Assembly (NCBI GenBank): GCA_040755455.1
Contig: JBFMAY010000005.1
Span: 32,001-96,000, forward strand
DNA from: Thermodesulfobacteriota bacterium
GTDB lineage: Bacteria; Desulfobacterota; Desulfobulbia; Desulfobulbales; SURF-16
Direction: 5' to 3'
Length of the DNA stretch: 64,000 bases
The notes under the pieces were generated by a model, which saw only the letters and a list, made by a program, of their open reading frames with translations, was not told the origin of the DNA and did no database searches. This document shows, one piece after another, positions 38,787-49,123 of the stretch (positions are counted from its first letter, which is position 1; the number at the start of each line of letters is the position of its first letter). The translations under genes and the position numbers were made by a program.

Positions 38787-39740
38787 ATGGGAAATTCCTG
38801 TCAACAGAAGAGCAGCTCCTGCAGCAGTGGCAGCTGCGGTTCAGCAGATGCAGCAGTGGCAAAGCAGAATATGGCGATCAATACCTCGTTGGGGAAGATT
38901 AAAAATAAAATTCTGGTCATGAGTGGCAAGGGCGGGGTAGGAAAAAGCACGGTTTCGACTAATCTTGCCCTTGGACTGGCAAACAGAGGCTACAAGGTTG
39001 GGCTGATGGACGTGGACCTGCATGGACCCGATATCTGCCGCATGCTCAATCTGACGGAAAAGCTGCAGGCAACCCAGACTGACGGGCGCTCGCTGTTTCC
39101 GCCGATGAAATACGGTGAAAACCTCAAAGTCATCTCGCTGGAATACATGATGGAAGACCGGGATGATCCGATCATCTGGCGCGGCCCGCTCAAGGTTCAG
39201 GCGATCCGCCAGTTTATTGCCGACATGGACTGGGGGGAGCTTGATTACCTGATCATCGACGCCCCTCCAGGCACCGGCGACGAACCCTTAACCGTGGCCC
39301 AGACCATAAAGGATGCCCAGGCGGTCGTGGTCACCACCCCCCAGGAGGTGGCGCTGGCTGATGTGAGAAAATCCCTGAACTTCTGTAAGCATGTGAAGAT
39401 GAAGGTGGTCGGCATGGTCGAGAACATGAGCGGTTTCATCTGCCCGCACTGCAATGAGAGTGTGGAGATTTTCAAGACCGGCGGCGGCGAGAAGACCGCC
39501 AGGGAGTTCGGCATTGATTTTCTGGGCAGGGTGCCGGTTGATCCCAGGATTGTCATGGGTGGTGATGACGGCAAGCCGTATCTCAGTTCTGCTGAGGACA
39601 GTCCGGCCATCAAGGCCTTCGGCGCTATCATCAACAATGTGGAAAAACGTATGGCTACGGCAGTTCCTCTTTCCTTGAAGGTTGCCGATGCAGGTTGCGC
39701 CTGCGGCTCAACCTGCAATCCAACCACCTGCAACTGTTAG
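38787..39740 (+). CDS. mrp: Mrp/ApbC/NBP35 Fe-S cluster carrier ATPase
   Basis: GKGGVGKST, DVDLHGP, IWRGP, DAPPGTGD, ENMSGFICPHC. Confidence 0.93.
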   Translation: MGNSCQQKSSSCSSGSCGSADAAVAKQNMAINTSLGKIKNKILVMSGKGGVGKSTVSTNLALGLANRGYKVGLMDVDLHGPDICRMLNLTEKLQATQTDGRSLFPPMKYGENLKVISLEYMMEDRDDPIIWRGPLKVQAIRQFIADMDWGELDYLIIDAPPGTGDEPLTVAQTIKDAQAVVVTTPQEVALADVRKSLNFCKHVKMKVVGMVENMSGFICPHCNESVEIFKTGGGEKTAREFGIDFLGRVPVDPRIVMGGDDGKPYLSSAEDSPAIKAFGAIINNVEKRMATAVPLSLKVADAGCACGSTCNPTTCNC

Positions 39741-39803
39741 CGCGTTTTTTGGCCGGTTTACCTAAGGAATCTATGCGGATCAGTCTTATTCAGATGGTGA
39801 TTT

Positions 39804-40442
39804 ATGCTTATTAGGCAGATGACGGTCGGCTCCATGTCGGTTTGCTGTTATCTCGTTGCCTGCGAGAAAACCAGGAAGGCGATGCTCATTGACCCGGGCG
39901 GCGATGAGGACGACGTGCTGGCCATGATCAAACAGGAGGGGGTCAGCCTGGAATATATCGTTAATACCCACGGCCATCCTGATCATGTCTGCGCCAACGG
40001 ACCCATCAAGAAAGCGACCGGCGCCCCTATTGTCATGCACGAGGCGGACGCGGCTTTTTTCGGCAGGCCAGAGGTGGACAAATATTTTTCCATGCTTGGC
40101 CTGCCAGCCTCTCCGCCGCCTGACAGGCTGGTCAGGGATGGGGATACCCTGCAGGTCGGTCTGTTTTCCTTTGAGGTGATTCACACCCCCGGTCACACAC
40201 CAGGCGGCATTTGTCTTTACTGCGCCCCCCACCTCTTCACCGGCGACACGCTCTTTGTCGGTGCCGTGGGTCGCACGGATTTTCCCGGCGGCGACCTGCA
40301 GATTTTCATGCATTCGCTCCGGTCGCGCCTCCTTGCCCTGCCGGATGAGACCGTGGTCTGGCCGGGACACGGCTATGGCGGTTCCCGTTCCACCATCGGT
40401 GAGGAAAAACGCAGTAATCCCTTTATTAATGGAGAGTTCTGA
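39804..40442 (+). CDS. MBL-fold metallo-hydrolase (glyoxalase II-like)
   Basis: THGHPDH, TPGHTPG, FTGDTLF, GRTDFPGG, PGHG. Confidence 0.93.
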   Translation: MLIRQMTVGSMSVCCYLVACEKTRKAMLIDPGGDEDDVLAMIKQEGVSLEYIVNTHGHPDHVCANGPIKKATGAPIVMHEADAAFFGRPEVDKYFSMLGLPASPPPDRLVRDGDTLQVGLFSFEVIHTPGHTPGGICLYCAPHLFTGDTLFVGAVGRTDFPGGDLQIFMHSLRSRLLALPDETVVWPGHGYGGSRSTIGEEKRSNPFINGEF

Positions 40443-40444
40443 GC

Positions 40445-42361
40445 ATGCGGGAAATCGTACTGGGGACAGCAGGTCATGTGGATCATGGCAAGACCAGTTT
40501 TGTCAGGGCCCTGACCGGTATTGACACCGACCGGCTCAAGGAGGAAAAAGAACGGGGCATCACCATTGAGCTCGGTTTTGCCTTCCTTGATCTGGACTGC
40601 GGCCATCGGCTTGGCATTATTGATGTTCCCGGGCATGAGCGCTTTGTCAAGAATATGGTGGCCGGCGTTGCCGGCATTGACCTGGTCGCCTTTATCATTG
40701 CCGCTGACGAGGGCATCATGCCGCAGACCAGGGAGCATTTCGAGATCTGCCGCCTGCTGGGGGTGAAGAAAGGGCTCATCGTCATCACCAAAAAGGACAT
40801 GGTGGAGGCCGACTGGCTTGAGCTGGTGGAGGAGGAGGTGCGGGGCTTCTTTGCGGACAGTTTTCTGGCCGACGCCCCTCTGGTCATGGTTTCCTCCACC
40901 ACCGGGGAGGGAATTGACGAGGCGCGCAGGACCCTGGACGCCATGGTTGCCTCCTGTGAGTTTGCCGAGGCCTACGGACCTTTCCGGCTGGCCATTGACC
41001 GGATCTTCACCATGAAGGGCTTCGGGGCGGTGGTGACGGGCACCTCGCTTTCCGGACGGGTTGCCGTGGGAGATGATATCAGGATCTATCCGCAGGAGCT
41101 TGACGGCAAGATCCGGGGCATCCAGGTGCATGGCCAGAGCGTGGAGCTGGTGGAAGCCGGCAACCGGACGGCCATCAATATTCAGGGTATTGAAATGGAC
41201 ATGCTGGAGAGGGGCAATGTGCTGGCCACCCCCGGCTGCCTCAAGCCTTCCTATATGCTTGACGCCGAGTTTCTCTATCTGTCCGCCAATGAAAAACCGC
41301 TGAAAAACAGATCTCGAGTCCGGGTGCATCTCGGCACCGCTGAAATCATGGGACGCATCGTTGTTCTGGAAGGTGAGGAGGTTGCCCCCGGCAGCTCCGT
41401 CAATGTGCAGCTGCTGCTGGAGGAACCGGTGGGGGTCTGGCCCGGCGACCATTATGTGGTGCGCAGGTATTCGCCGGTGACCACCATTGGCGGCGGGGTT
41501 GTGCTCAATAATTCCGCCCCGAAACGCAAACGCTTCCGGGAGGAAAACAGCAGGATTTTTGCCCTGTATCATACCGCTTCCCAGGAGGATCTCGCCCTGT
41601 TCCACCTGCGGGAGAGCGCTTACAGCGGCCTTACCGGAGCGGAGCTGTCGGTGAAAATGGGTTGTTTCGGCAACCGTTTCAAAAAATTGATGGCCGGTCC
41701 GATTTCGTCCCGCAAGGTGGTGGTCGTTGATTCGGAGAAACAGCTTTATGTGGCCGAAGAGGTGTATAGTGGGCTGCTGGCGAAAATTGTCGACCGCATC
41801 AGCGACTATCATAAGGAAAGTCCGTTAAAGCCGGGCCTGCCCAAGGAAGAGCTGCGCAGCCGGATAGAGAAGGGGCTTGGTCCGAAGCTTTTTCATCTCT
41901 GCCTGGCTGAGCTCAGTAAAAAAGGCATCATTGTTCAGGAGGAGGGCATTGTCCGTCTGGCCGGGCATCAGGTATTTCTGCAGGCTGATGAAAAGGAAAT
42001 CAGGGAAAAGATGGAAAGGCTCTTTGTCGCCGCCGGACTCAATGCTCCGACCATGAAGGAGGTGCAAGGCGCCTTCCCCGATGTTCCCCAGTCGCTGGTG
42101 ATGGAGGTGTTAAGCCTGCTTGTCAAGGATGGCCTGGTGGCCAAGGTGACCAATGATTTTTATTTTTATACCAGGACATTAGATGAACTGCAGAAAAGAC
42201 TGGTTGAGTATCTGCAGAAGGAAGGTGATATTGACGCCCCGCGCTTTAAGGACCTGACCGGCTTGACCAGGAAATTTTCCATCCCACTGCTTGAATATTT
42301 CGATAAAATAAAACTGACTCTGCGGGTAGGCGATAAGCGTATCCTGCGCTCAAAGAGCTGA
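40445..42361 (+). CDS. selB: Selenocysteine-specific elongation factor
   Basis: [27 protein letters not shown]-terminal winged helices [13 protein letters not shown]...RVGDKR. Confidence 0.96.
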   Translation: MREIVLGTAGHVDHGKTSFVRALTGIDTDRLKEEKERGITIELGFAFLDLDCGHRLGIIDVPGHERFVKNMVAGVAGIDLVAFIIAADEGIMPQTREHFEICRLLGVKKGLIVITKKDMVEADWLELVEEEVRGFFADSFLADAPLVMVSSTTGEGIDEARRTLDAMVASCEFAEAYGPFRLAIDRIFTMKGFGAVVTGTSLSGRVAVGDDIRIYPQELDGKIRGIQVHGQSVELVEAGNRTAINIQGIEMDMLERGNVLATPGCLKPSYMLDAEFLYLSANEKPLKNRSRVRVHLGTAEIMGRIVVLEGEEVAPGSSVNVQLLLEEPVGVWPGDHYVVRRYSPVTTIGGGVVLNNSAPKRKRFREENSRIFALYHTASQEDLALFHLRESAYSGLTGAELSVKMGCFGNRFKKLMAGPISSRKVVVVDSEKQLYVAEEVYSGLLAKIVDRISDYHKESPLKPGLPKEELRSRIEKGLGPKLFHLCLAELSKKGIIVQEEGIVRLAGHQVFLQADEKEIREKMERLFVAAGLNAPTMKEVQGAFPDVPQSLVMEVLSLLVKDGLVAKVTNDFYFYTRTLDELQKRLVEYLQKEGDIDAPRFKDLTGLTRKFSIPLLEYFDKIKLTLRVGDKRILRSKS

Positions 42362-42425
42362 TGGAACTGTTGCCTTCTGCCCTCGTCTGCTGCATGAAAC
42401 GGTTGCAACCCACAGGAGAACAGGT

Positions 42426-44075
42426 ATAAGTAATCTCACCGGAAATCTCAGCGGCCTGAAAACCGGCCAGCTCAAGCGTCTGGAACGCCTCAGTAAGCGG
42501 AGAACTGATCCCGCCCTGATTGTCTCGGCGGAAATGGCCAGGGAAATGGCGGAACTTTCCGCCGAGATCAAGCGCCAGATCGGTCTGCTGCTTGCCCGTT
42601 CCGGACAGGTGGAAACGGTCATTGTCGGCGATCATAAAAAAATCGTCATCCCCGCGCTGTCCCACATCCGTTCCGCCAGCGGCCGCCTGAAGGGGTTGCG
42701 TTGCGTCCATACCCATCTGGCCGGGGAGGACCTCACCGAAGACGACCTGATGGACCTGCTGTTCCTGCGGCTGGATCTGATGGCGATGATCAAGGTCATG
42801 GCCGACGGGCTGCCGGAGAAATTGTATGCGGTGCATCTTATCCCTGTCCCGGTTGCGGGGAAAAGCTGGCATTTCCTTCCTCCCCAGGTGCCTTCCCGGC
42901 AACCGGCAAATTTCCTGGAGCTCATCGCCGCCCTTGAGGACGAATTTTCCCGCTCCGCGGCTACCAAAAAAAGCGATGCGGGGAAAGACCGGGCCATCCT
43001 GATCAGTGTGACCACCCAGTCAAAGACCGGGGCCCAGGAATCCATGGATGAACTGGTTGAGCTGGTGCGCTCCGATGATGTCGAGGTGCTGGAAACCATT
43101 ATCCAGCGGCGTGACCGCATCAATCCCAAACTGATCATCGGCAAGGGGAAGCTGGCGGAAATCATGCTGACCGCCCTCAAGCGCAATGCCAATCTGCTGA
43201 TTTTCGACCAGGAGCTGAACCCATCCCAGGTGCGCTCCATCACCGATCACACCGAGTTGCGGGTTATTGACCGGACCCAGCTTATTCTGGATATCTTTGC
43301 CAGACGGGCGCTCAGCCGGGAAGGTAAACTGCAGATTGAAATGGCCCAGCTCAAATATCTGCTGCCGCGCCTGGGCCAGCGTGATGACGCCCTGTCAAGG
43401 CTGACCGGCGGGATCGGCGGCAGGGGGCCGGGTGAAACGAAGCTCGAGGTCGACAGGCGCCGGATCAACGACCGCCTGAGCAAGCTGGGCAAGCGCTTAA
43501 AGCAGGTCGGCCAGGAGCGCCACCACCGCCGGTCGCGCCGCCGCAAAAAGGAGCTGCCGGTTATTTCCCTGGTGGGCTACACCAACGCCGGCAAATCAAC
43601 CCTGCTCAACAGTCTGACCAAAAGCAACATCTATGCTGAGGACAAGCTCTTTGCCACCCTTGATCCCACCAGCCGCCGCCTGCGCTTCCCCGAAGATGTC
43701 GAGGTCATTGTTACCGATACGGTTGGTTTTATCAGGCATCTGCCGGAGGAGCTGCTCAAGGCCTTCAAGGCAACCCTGGAAGAGCTGCATGAAGCAGACC
43801 TGCTGGTGCATGTCATCGATATCAGTAATCCGCGCTTTACCGAGCAGATCCGCGTTGTCGAGGAACTGCTTGATGAGCTTGATCTTGCCGATATGACTAT
43901 CATGCAGGTTTATAATAAAATTGACAAGGTGGATCCCGTATTGGTGCAAGAACTGCTGGAACGATCCGATGCCGTGGCCGTTTCCGCCATCAATCCGGCC
44001 ACCTTTGCCCCGTTTCTGGATAAAGCAAAGAAACTGGTGCTGAAAAAATGGAATGGACATCAAGATGTCGCCTGA
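42426..44075 (+). CDS. hflX: GTPase HflX, long N-terminal form, probable ATA start
   Basis: CVHTH N-terminal domain, DRTQLILDIFA, GRGPGETKLE, GYTNAGKST, LFATLDPT, DTVGFI, NKID. The frame extends from the ATG at 42534 back to an ATA at 42426 with AGGAG 7 nt upstream. Confidence 0.92.
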   Translation: MSNLTGNLSGLKTGQLKRLERLSKRRTDPALIVSAEMAREMAELSAEIKRQIGLLLARSGQVETVIVGDHKKIVIPALSHIRSASGRLKGLRCVHTHLAGEDLTEDDLMDLLFLRLDLMAMIKVMADGLPEKLYAVHLIPVPVAGKSWHFLPPQVPSRQPANFLELIAALEDEFSRSAATKKSDAGKDRAILISVTTQSKTGAQESMDELVELVRSDDVEVLETIIQRRDRINPKLIIGKGKLAEIMLTALKRNANLLIFDQELNPSQVRSITDHTELRVIDRTQLILDIFARRALSREGKLQIEMAQLKYLLPRLGQRDDALSRLTGGIGGRGPGETKLEVDRRRINDRLSKLGKRLKQVGQERHHRRSRRRKKELPVISLVGYTNAGKSTLLNSLTKSNIYAEDKLFATLDPTSRRLRFPEDVEVIVTDTVGFIRHLPEELLKAFKATLEELHEADLLVHVIDISNPRFTEQIRVVEELLDELDLADMTIMQVYNKIDKVDPVLVQELLERSDAVAVSAINPATFAPFLDKAKKLVLKKWNGHQDVA

Positions 44076-44724
44076 AATCCCCGCACGCTGCACCCATTGT
44101 CTCACCTTTTCCTGTAATCAGCCGCTGAGCAGCTGCCAGGTTTGCCATGATCAGGCAATGGGTGAATCGTATCTCTGCGACATCGCCAGAAGTGCCTTCT
44201 CCTCCCATACCTTCATCTGTCATGCCTTCCGTCCCAACCTGACGCTGGTGGGCAAACAGGAGGAAAAGGCGCCGGAGATAGCGGTCTGCCAGAACAAGCA
44301 GACTTATTTCGCCAATGTGGTCCGGTTGATTGGTTCGGGGCAGTGCGCCGGCGGGGGATGCGGCAATCCGGGCTGCCAGCCTGCAGGTAACGGGACGGCT
44401 GAAAAATATCATGTGGTGTGGAGTGTACGGCAGCGAAAACCTGTTTTTGCGGCAAGCAACATGTATGTTTCCTTTCTGCATGACGTTGTCCTTTCCTGCG
44501 GACACCTGATGGCCGGCAAGGTCTTTCTGCTCTGGCTGGCTCCTGACCATCTTCATCTCTATCTTGAGTGCGCCGGCTGGGAATCGGAGCATGAAATTGT
44601 CGAAGACCTGCAGGGGCTTGTCCATGATGCCCTGATGCAGGAGTTCCCCGGCCTGCGAAAGGATTATGAAAAGACATTGATCTGGGAGCGTGATTTTTTC
44701 CTGGAAAAAATATCCTCCGAATGA
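44053..44724 (+). CDS. Cys-rich N-terminal domain fused to an IS200/IS605 TnpA-like (HUH) domain lacking the catalytic Tyr helix
   Basis: KYHVVWSVRQRKPVF, PDHLHL, EFP, IWERDFF then stop; N-terminal CxxC pairs. Confidence 0.72.
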   Translation: MDIKMSPEIPARCTHCLTFSCNQPLSSCQVCHDQAMGESYLCDIARSAFSSHTFICHAFRPNLTLVGKQEEKAPEIAVCQNKQTYFANVVRLIGSGQCAGGGCGNPGCQPAGNGTAEKYHVVWSVRQRKPVFAASNMYVSFLHDVVLSCGHLMAGKVFLLWLAPDHLHLYLECAGWESEHEIVEDLQGLVHDALMQEFPGLRKDYEKTLIWERDFFLEKISSE

Positions 44725-45332
44725 AAAGGTTATTGCAAAGAAATTTTCTGCTGTTGTGCTGTTGCATGCTGCTGCCGGCCCTGCTGTTTAACCCCGCCTC
44801 GGTGCGCGGCAAGGAGTCCGCCCGCATTGCCGATATTGTCCTGATGAATTCCCATCATGACCTGCTGCTCTATTTTACCCTGCAGGACGCCTTTACCGAT
44901 GAGATGGTAAAGGGGATTGAAAACGGTATCCCGGTTACCTTCAGTTATTTTATCGAACTCTACCAGCTCCACCCTGGAGAACCTGAACGCAAGATCGCCA
45001 GTCAGGCCTTTGATCACACCTTGAATTATGACCCGCTCAAGCAGGAATATGCAGTGGAAATGGAAGAGAGAAAGGCGGGCAACATCTCCTTCAAGAGTTT
45101 TGGCGAAGCAAAAGCAGCCATGACGGATATCCATGACCTGCAGCTTGCCGAACTCGCCTTGCTGGAAACGAATGGCCGATATATGGTGAAGGTGAAGGCC
45201 AAGCTGGCCAAAAAGGCTTTACCCATGAACTTTCAATATATCATACCCTTCTGGCAGCTGTGGAAGTTTGAAACCGACTGGTACTCGCTCTCGTTCACTT
45301 ATGGAAATAGCGGATCAGCAGCAAAGAGATGA
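44721..45332 (+). CDS. DUF4390-family periplasmic protein
   Basis: Signal peptide, GIPVTF, YDPLKQEY, WKFETDW; typical position upstream of ntrY. Confidence 0.82.
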   Translation: MKRLLQRNFLLLCCCMLLPALLFNPASVRGKESARIADIVLMNSHHDLLLYFTLQDAFTDEMVKGIENGIPVTFSYFIELYQLHPGEPERKIASQAFDHTLNYDPLKQEYAVEMEERKAGNISFKSFGEAKAAMTDIHDLQLAELALLETNGRYMVKVKAKLAKKALPMNFQYIIPFWQLWKFETDWYSLSFTYGNSGSAAKR

Positions 45333-47502
45333 GCGCAAGCGGCGCAGGGTCTGGACAGTCATTTTATCCTGTCTGGTCCTCATCCCGCTTCTGACTTTTG
45401 TTGAGACCAAGGTTTTTCAGCTTGGCGCCGTGCCGTTCCCGGTCAGCGGCAATGTGCTGGTTTTCGTCATCATCAATTTTAATGTTTTTCTCCTGCTGCT
45501 CATGGTGTTCCTGGTGCTGCGCAACCTGGCGCAGCTTGTGTTCGAGCGCAAGAAAAAGATTCTCGGCGCCAAACTGAGGAAAAAACTCGTTATTTCCTTT
45601 GTCTCCCTTTCGCTGATCCCCACGGCCCTGCTGTTCTTTATTTCATTGCAGTTCGTCTCCACCAGCATGGATTACTGGTTCAATATCAAGGTTGAGCAGT
45701 CGCTGCTTGAGTCACTGCATGTTGCCCAGGACGTGTATCAGGGGAAAAAGGAGGAGATGCAGAGGCTTGGGGCAAATATCGCCCGCCGTATTCAGTCACA
45801 GGACGGTGGCCGGACCGGAACCCCCGCGCTTGACGCCCTGCTGACCGATATTGTGGACAGCCATGGGCTGGCCTGTCTGGAGATTATTTCTCCGCAGCGC
45901 ACCACGGTGACGCGGATTGCCGGCGGGCAGTTCAGGGATGGGGCCCATGTGCCGGAGATCCTGCCTGACCTGCTGCGCAAGGCGCTGAGCGGTGACGCAG
46001 GGCAAATCGCCATCCAGCAGACTACCGGCGGCGAGCTGGTGCGCAGTCTCGTTCCCGTTACCCTTGGCGCTGACGGGAAGAACCCCCATGTGTTGATCGT
46101 CTCCGCCCTGATCCCCCAGTCCCGTCTGGAGAGGATGCAGATTATCTCCAGCGGTCTGGAAGGATACCGCCAGCTGATGCAGCTCAAGCAGCCCATCAAG
46201 ACAAGTCTGCTGGTTATCCTGCTCATTGTCACCCTGCTTATTGTTTTCAGCGCCATCTGGTTCGGGTTTTTCGTGGCCCGCAGTCTGACCGACCCCATTG
46301 ACAAGCTGGCCGTGGCCACGAGAAGGGTGGCGGACGGTGAACTTGATTTCGTCGTGGAGACGGATGCTGGGGATGAAATGGGCACCCTGGTGGAATCGTT
46401 CAACCAGATGACCCGTGATGTCCTGGCCAGTCAGAAGGAGCTTGAGGCCAGTAACCAGGAACTGGAAAACAGAAGGCGGTATACGGAGATCATCCTGCAG
46501 AATGTGGCCGCCGGGGTCATCTCCCTTGACGCGGCCGGACGTATCACCACCATCAACCGTTTTGCCGAGGAACTGCTGAAAATTGATAAGAAGGCGATTT
46601 TGCATTATGATTACCGGCAGGTTTTGAATGCCGACCATCAGGAGGTTCTCAATAATTTTTATGCTGAGCTTGACCGGAGCGGCAAGGGAACCATCGAGCT
46701 CCCTCTGCGGCTGAAGGTGCGGGACAACTCTTTCTCCCTCAGGGTCAATATGACCCGTCTTGTCGATGAATATGGCAAGGAACTTGGCGTGGTGCTTGTT
46801 TTCGACAATCTGACCGAACTGGAGAAGGCCCAGAGGATGGCGGCGTGGCGCGAGGTGGCCCGACGCATCGCCCATGAGGTGAAAAACCCCCTGACGCCGA
46901 TTCAGTTATCCGCCCAGCGGCTGCGGAAGAGGTATCTGGATAAATTGGGTGAGGAAGGCGAAGTTTTCGATGTCTGCACGAAAACCATTGTCAATCAGGT
47001 GGATGAGCTGAAACGGCTGGTCAGTGAATTTTCCAATTTCGCCAGGATGCCGGCCGTGCAGAAGTCCATGAACAGCCTCAGGGCAATGGCGGAAGAGGCC
47101 ATGGTTCTCTTTCGCGAAGGGCATAAAAATATCCGTTTTGCCTTTGTCTGTAACGCGGATGTGCCGAAATTCCCCTTTGACCTGAAGCAGATGAAAAGGG
47201 TGCTGATCAATCTGCTGGATAACGCGGTTGCGGCAGTGGGAGACAGGGGCAGCATTACGGTGGAGATCGCGGTGGATGACGAGCAGAAGATGGTATTTCT
47301 TGAGGTGCGGGATGATGGGCCCGGCGTCAAAGACGAGGATAAGCATCGCCTCTTCGAGCCTTATTTTTCCACCAAAAAATCCGGAACCGGCCTTGGGTTG
47401 GCCATCGCCAGTACGGTGGTGGCCGATCATGGCGGCTATATCAGGGTAAAAGACAATCTGCCGCGGGGGGCCAGGTTCATTATCGAGCTGCCGCTGACCT
47501 AG
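45301..47502 (+). CDS. ntrY: NtrY-like sensor histidine kinase (TM-HAMP-PAS-HisKA)
   Basis: AAWREVARRIAHEVKNPLTPIQLSA, HAMP, PAS, GTGLGL. Confidence 0.9.
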   Translation: MEIADQQQRDERKRRRVWTVILSCLVLIPLLTFVETKVFQLGAVPFPVSGNVLVFVIINFNVFLLLLMVFLVLRNLAQLVFERKKKILGAKLRKKLVISFVSLSLIPTALLFFISLQFVSTSMDYWFNIKVEQSLLESLHVAQDVYQGKKEEMQRLGANIARRIQSQDGGRTGTPALDALLTDIVDSHGLACLEIISPQRTTVTRIAGGQFRDGAHVPEILPDLLRKALSGDAGQIAIQQTTGGELVRSLVPVTLGADGKNPHVLIVSALIPQSRLERMQIISSGLEGYRQLMQLKQPIKTSLLVILLIVTLLIVFSAIWFGFFVARSLTDPIDKLAVATRRVADGELDFVVETDAGDEMGTLVESFNQMTRDVLASQKELEASNQELENRRRYTEIILQNVAAGVISLDAAGRITTINRFAEELLKIDKKAILHYDYRQVLNADHQEVLNNFYAELDRSGKGTIELPLRLKVRDNSFSLRVNMTRLVDEYGKELGVVLVFDNLTELEKAQRMAAWREVARRIAHEVKNPLTPIQLSAQRLRKRYLDKLGEEGEVFDVCTKTIVNQVDELKRLVSEFSNFARMPAVQKSMNSLRAMAEEAMVLFREGHKNIRFAFVCNADVPKFPFDLKQMKRVLINLLDNAVAAVGDRGSITVEIAVDDEQKMVFLEVRDDGPGVKDEDKHRLFEPYFSTKKSGTGLGLAIASTVVADHGGYIRVKDNLPRGARFIIELPLT

Positions 47503-47550
47503 CAGCAGGGTGACGGCGGTCCACCAAGAATATGAGGAAGGTCGTGGAAA

Positions 47551-48951
47551 ATGGCTAAGAAAGTAATGATCGTTGATGACGAGGCCAGCATCAGGGAGTC
47601 TTTGGCCGGCATTTTGTCTGATGAGGGATTTCTCCCCGTGCCGGTTGAGTCTGCGGAAAAGGCCTTTGAGGTGCTGCAGCAGGAGAAGATCAACCTGGTA
47701 CTGCTTGACATCTGGATGCCGGCCATGGATGGCCTGGAGGCCCTGCCCCGCATCAAGGAACAGTTTCCCCTTCTGCCGGTCATCATGATATCCGGCCACG
47801 GCAACATTGAAACGGCGGTGCAGGCCACCAAAATGGGCGCCTTTGATTTCATCGAAAAACCGCCGTCATATGACAAAATTGTCCTGTCCATCAATAACGC
47901 CCTGCTCGTTTCCGATCTGGAAGAGGAAAATCTCATCCTCAAAGAGAAGAACGAGAAGAAATGGAAGATGACCGGCGGTTCGCCGGCAATCATCAATGTC
48001 AGGCAGCAACTGGAACGGGTGGCACCGACGGATGCCTGGGTGCTCATCCGCGGCGAGCACGGCACGGGCAAGGAACTGGCGGCCCAGATGATCCACCGTT
48101 TGTCGGCCTCATCTGAAAAACCGATGATTGAAGTAAATTGCGCGGCGATCCCGGAAGAGCTCATAGAAAGCGAGCTGTTTGGCCATGAAAAGGGATCTTT
48201 CACCGGTGCCACCGCCAGCAGGCGGGGCAAGTTTGACCAGGCGGACGGCGGGATTCTTTTTCTCGATGAAATCGGTGACATGAGCCTGAAAACCCAGGCA
48301 AAAATTCTGCGGATTTTGCAGGAGCAGAAGTTTGAAAGGGTGGGAGGGACTAAAACCATTTCAGTTAATGTGCGGGTGCTGGCCGCTACCAATAAAAATC
48401 TGGAGCAGGAAATCGAACAGGGCAACTTCCGGGCTGATCTGTTCTGGCGGCTCAATGTCGTGCCCATCTATATGCCGCCGCTCAGGGAACGGCTGGAGGA
48501 CCTGCCTTTACTGGTGGAAGAGCTGCTGGTTGAATTTTCCCGGAAAGGGCTGGGGAAAAAGGAATTCACTCCCGGGGCGCTGCAGCTGATGAGCTGCCAT
48601 AGCTGGCCGGGCAATGTGCGGGAATTGCGTAATTTTGTTGAACGGGTGGCCATCATGATCCCCCAGGAGATCATCACGGAGCAAATGATCGCCCCCATGC
48701 TGCCGATTGATGCCCGGGCACTGGAGCAATTTCATGCTGACCGGGGAAAAAATCCCGCCCCGCAGTCTCATCAAGGATTTGAAGCCTCTTTCAAGGAGGC
48801 CAAAAGGATTTTTGAAAAGGAGTATCTGGAGGAAAAGTTGAAGGAAAATGACGGGAATATTTCCCAGACCGCGGAACAAGTCGGCCTGGAGCGGAGTCAT
48901 TTACACAAGAAATTAAAAGCGTTGGGTATTGAAGTCAAACTTGAAAATTGA
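47551..48951 (+). CDS. ntrX: NtrX-like sigma54-dependent response regulator
   Basis: Receiver LLDIWMP, MISGHG; AAA+ GEHGTGKE, GSFTGA, WPGNVREL; Fis-type HTH. Confidence 0.9.
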   Translation: MAKKVMIVDDEASIRESLAGILSDEGFLPVPVESAEKAFEVLQQEKINLVLLDIWMPAMDGLEALPRIKEQFPLLPVIMISGHGNIETAVQATKMGAFDFIEKPPSYDKIVLSINNALLVSDLEEENLILKEKNEKKWKMTGGSPAIINVRQQLERVAPTDAWVLIRGEHGTGKELAAQMIHRLSASSEKPMIEVNCAAIPEELIESELFGHEKGSFTGATASRRGKFDQADGGILFLDEIGDMSLKTQAKILRILQEQKFERVGGTKTISVNVRVLAATNKNLEQEIEQGNFRADLFWRLNVVPIYMPPLRERLEDLPLLVEELLVEFSRKGLGKKEFTPGALQLMSCHSWPGNVRELRNFVERVAIMIPQEIITEQMIAPMLPIDARALEQFHADRGKNPAPQSHQGFEASFKEAKRIFEKEYLEEKLKENDGNISQTAEQVGLERSHLHKKLKALGIEVKLEN

Positions 48952-49123
48952 TACCCTGATGGCAGGCCCCTGCCGGCATCCTGATTTTTTTTATGCAATC
49001 CCCGGCGGGTGGCGGGCACTTTCATGTTATGTTACGTGATTACCTTGGTGTCTGCCACAGGTCCTGACAGGGCACCCCGGGCTGTTGGCGGTACCCTTAA
49101 AATTCTACCTTGAAGAATCACTA

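Noticed and set aside
40373..41812. Long antisense ORFs (e.g. 479 aa opposite selB; also opposite mqnC, cheA, mcp, ntrY and hemB)
   Set aside because: These are shadow ORFs expected from GC-rich codon bias opposite well-supported genes, with no motifs of their own.
38787..44724. Selenoproteins (in-frame TGA read-through) near selB
   Set aside because: Neighbouring genes appear complete at their annotated stops. No interrupted redox motif or obvious SECIS was seen, and there is no selA or selC in the window.
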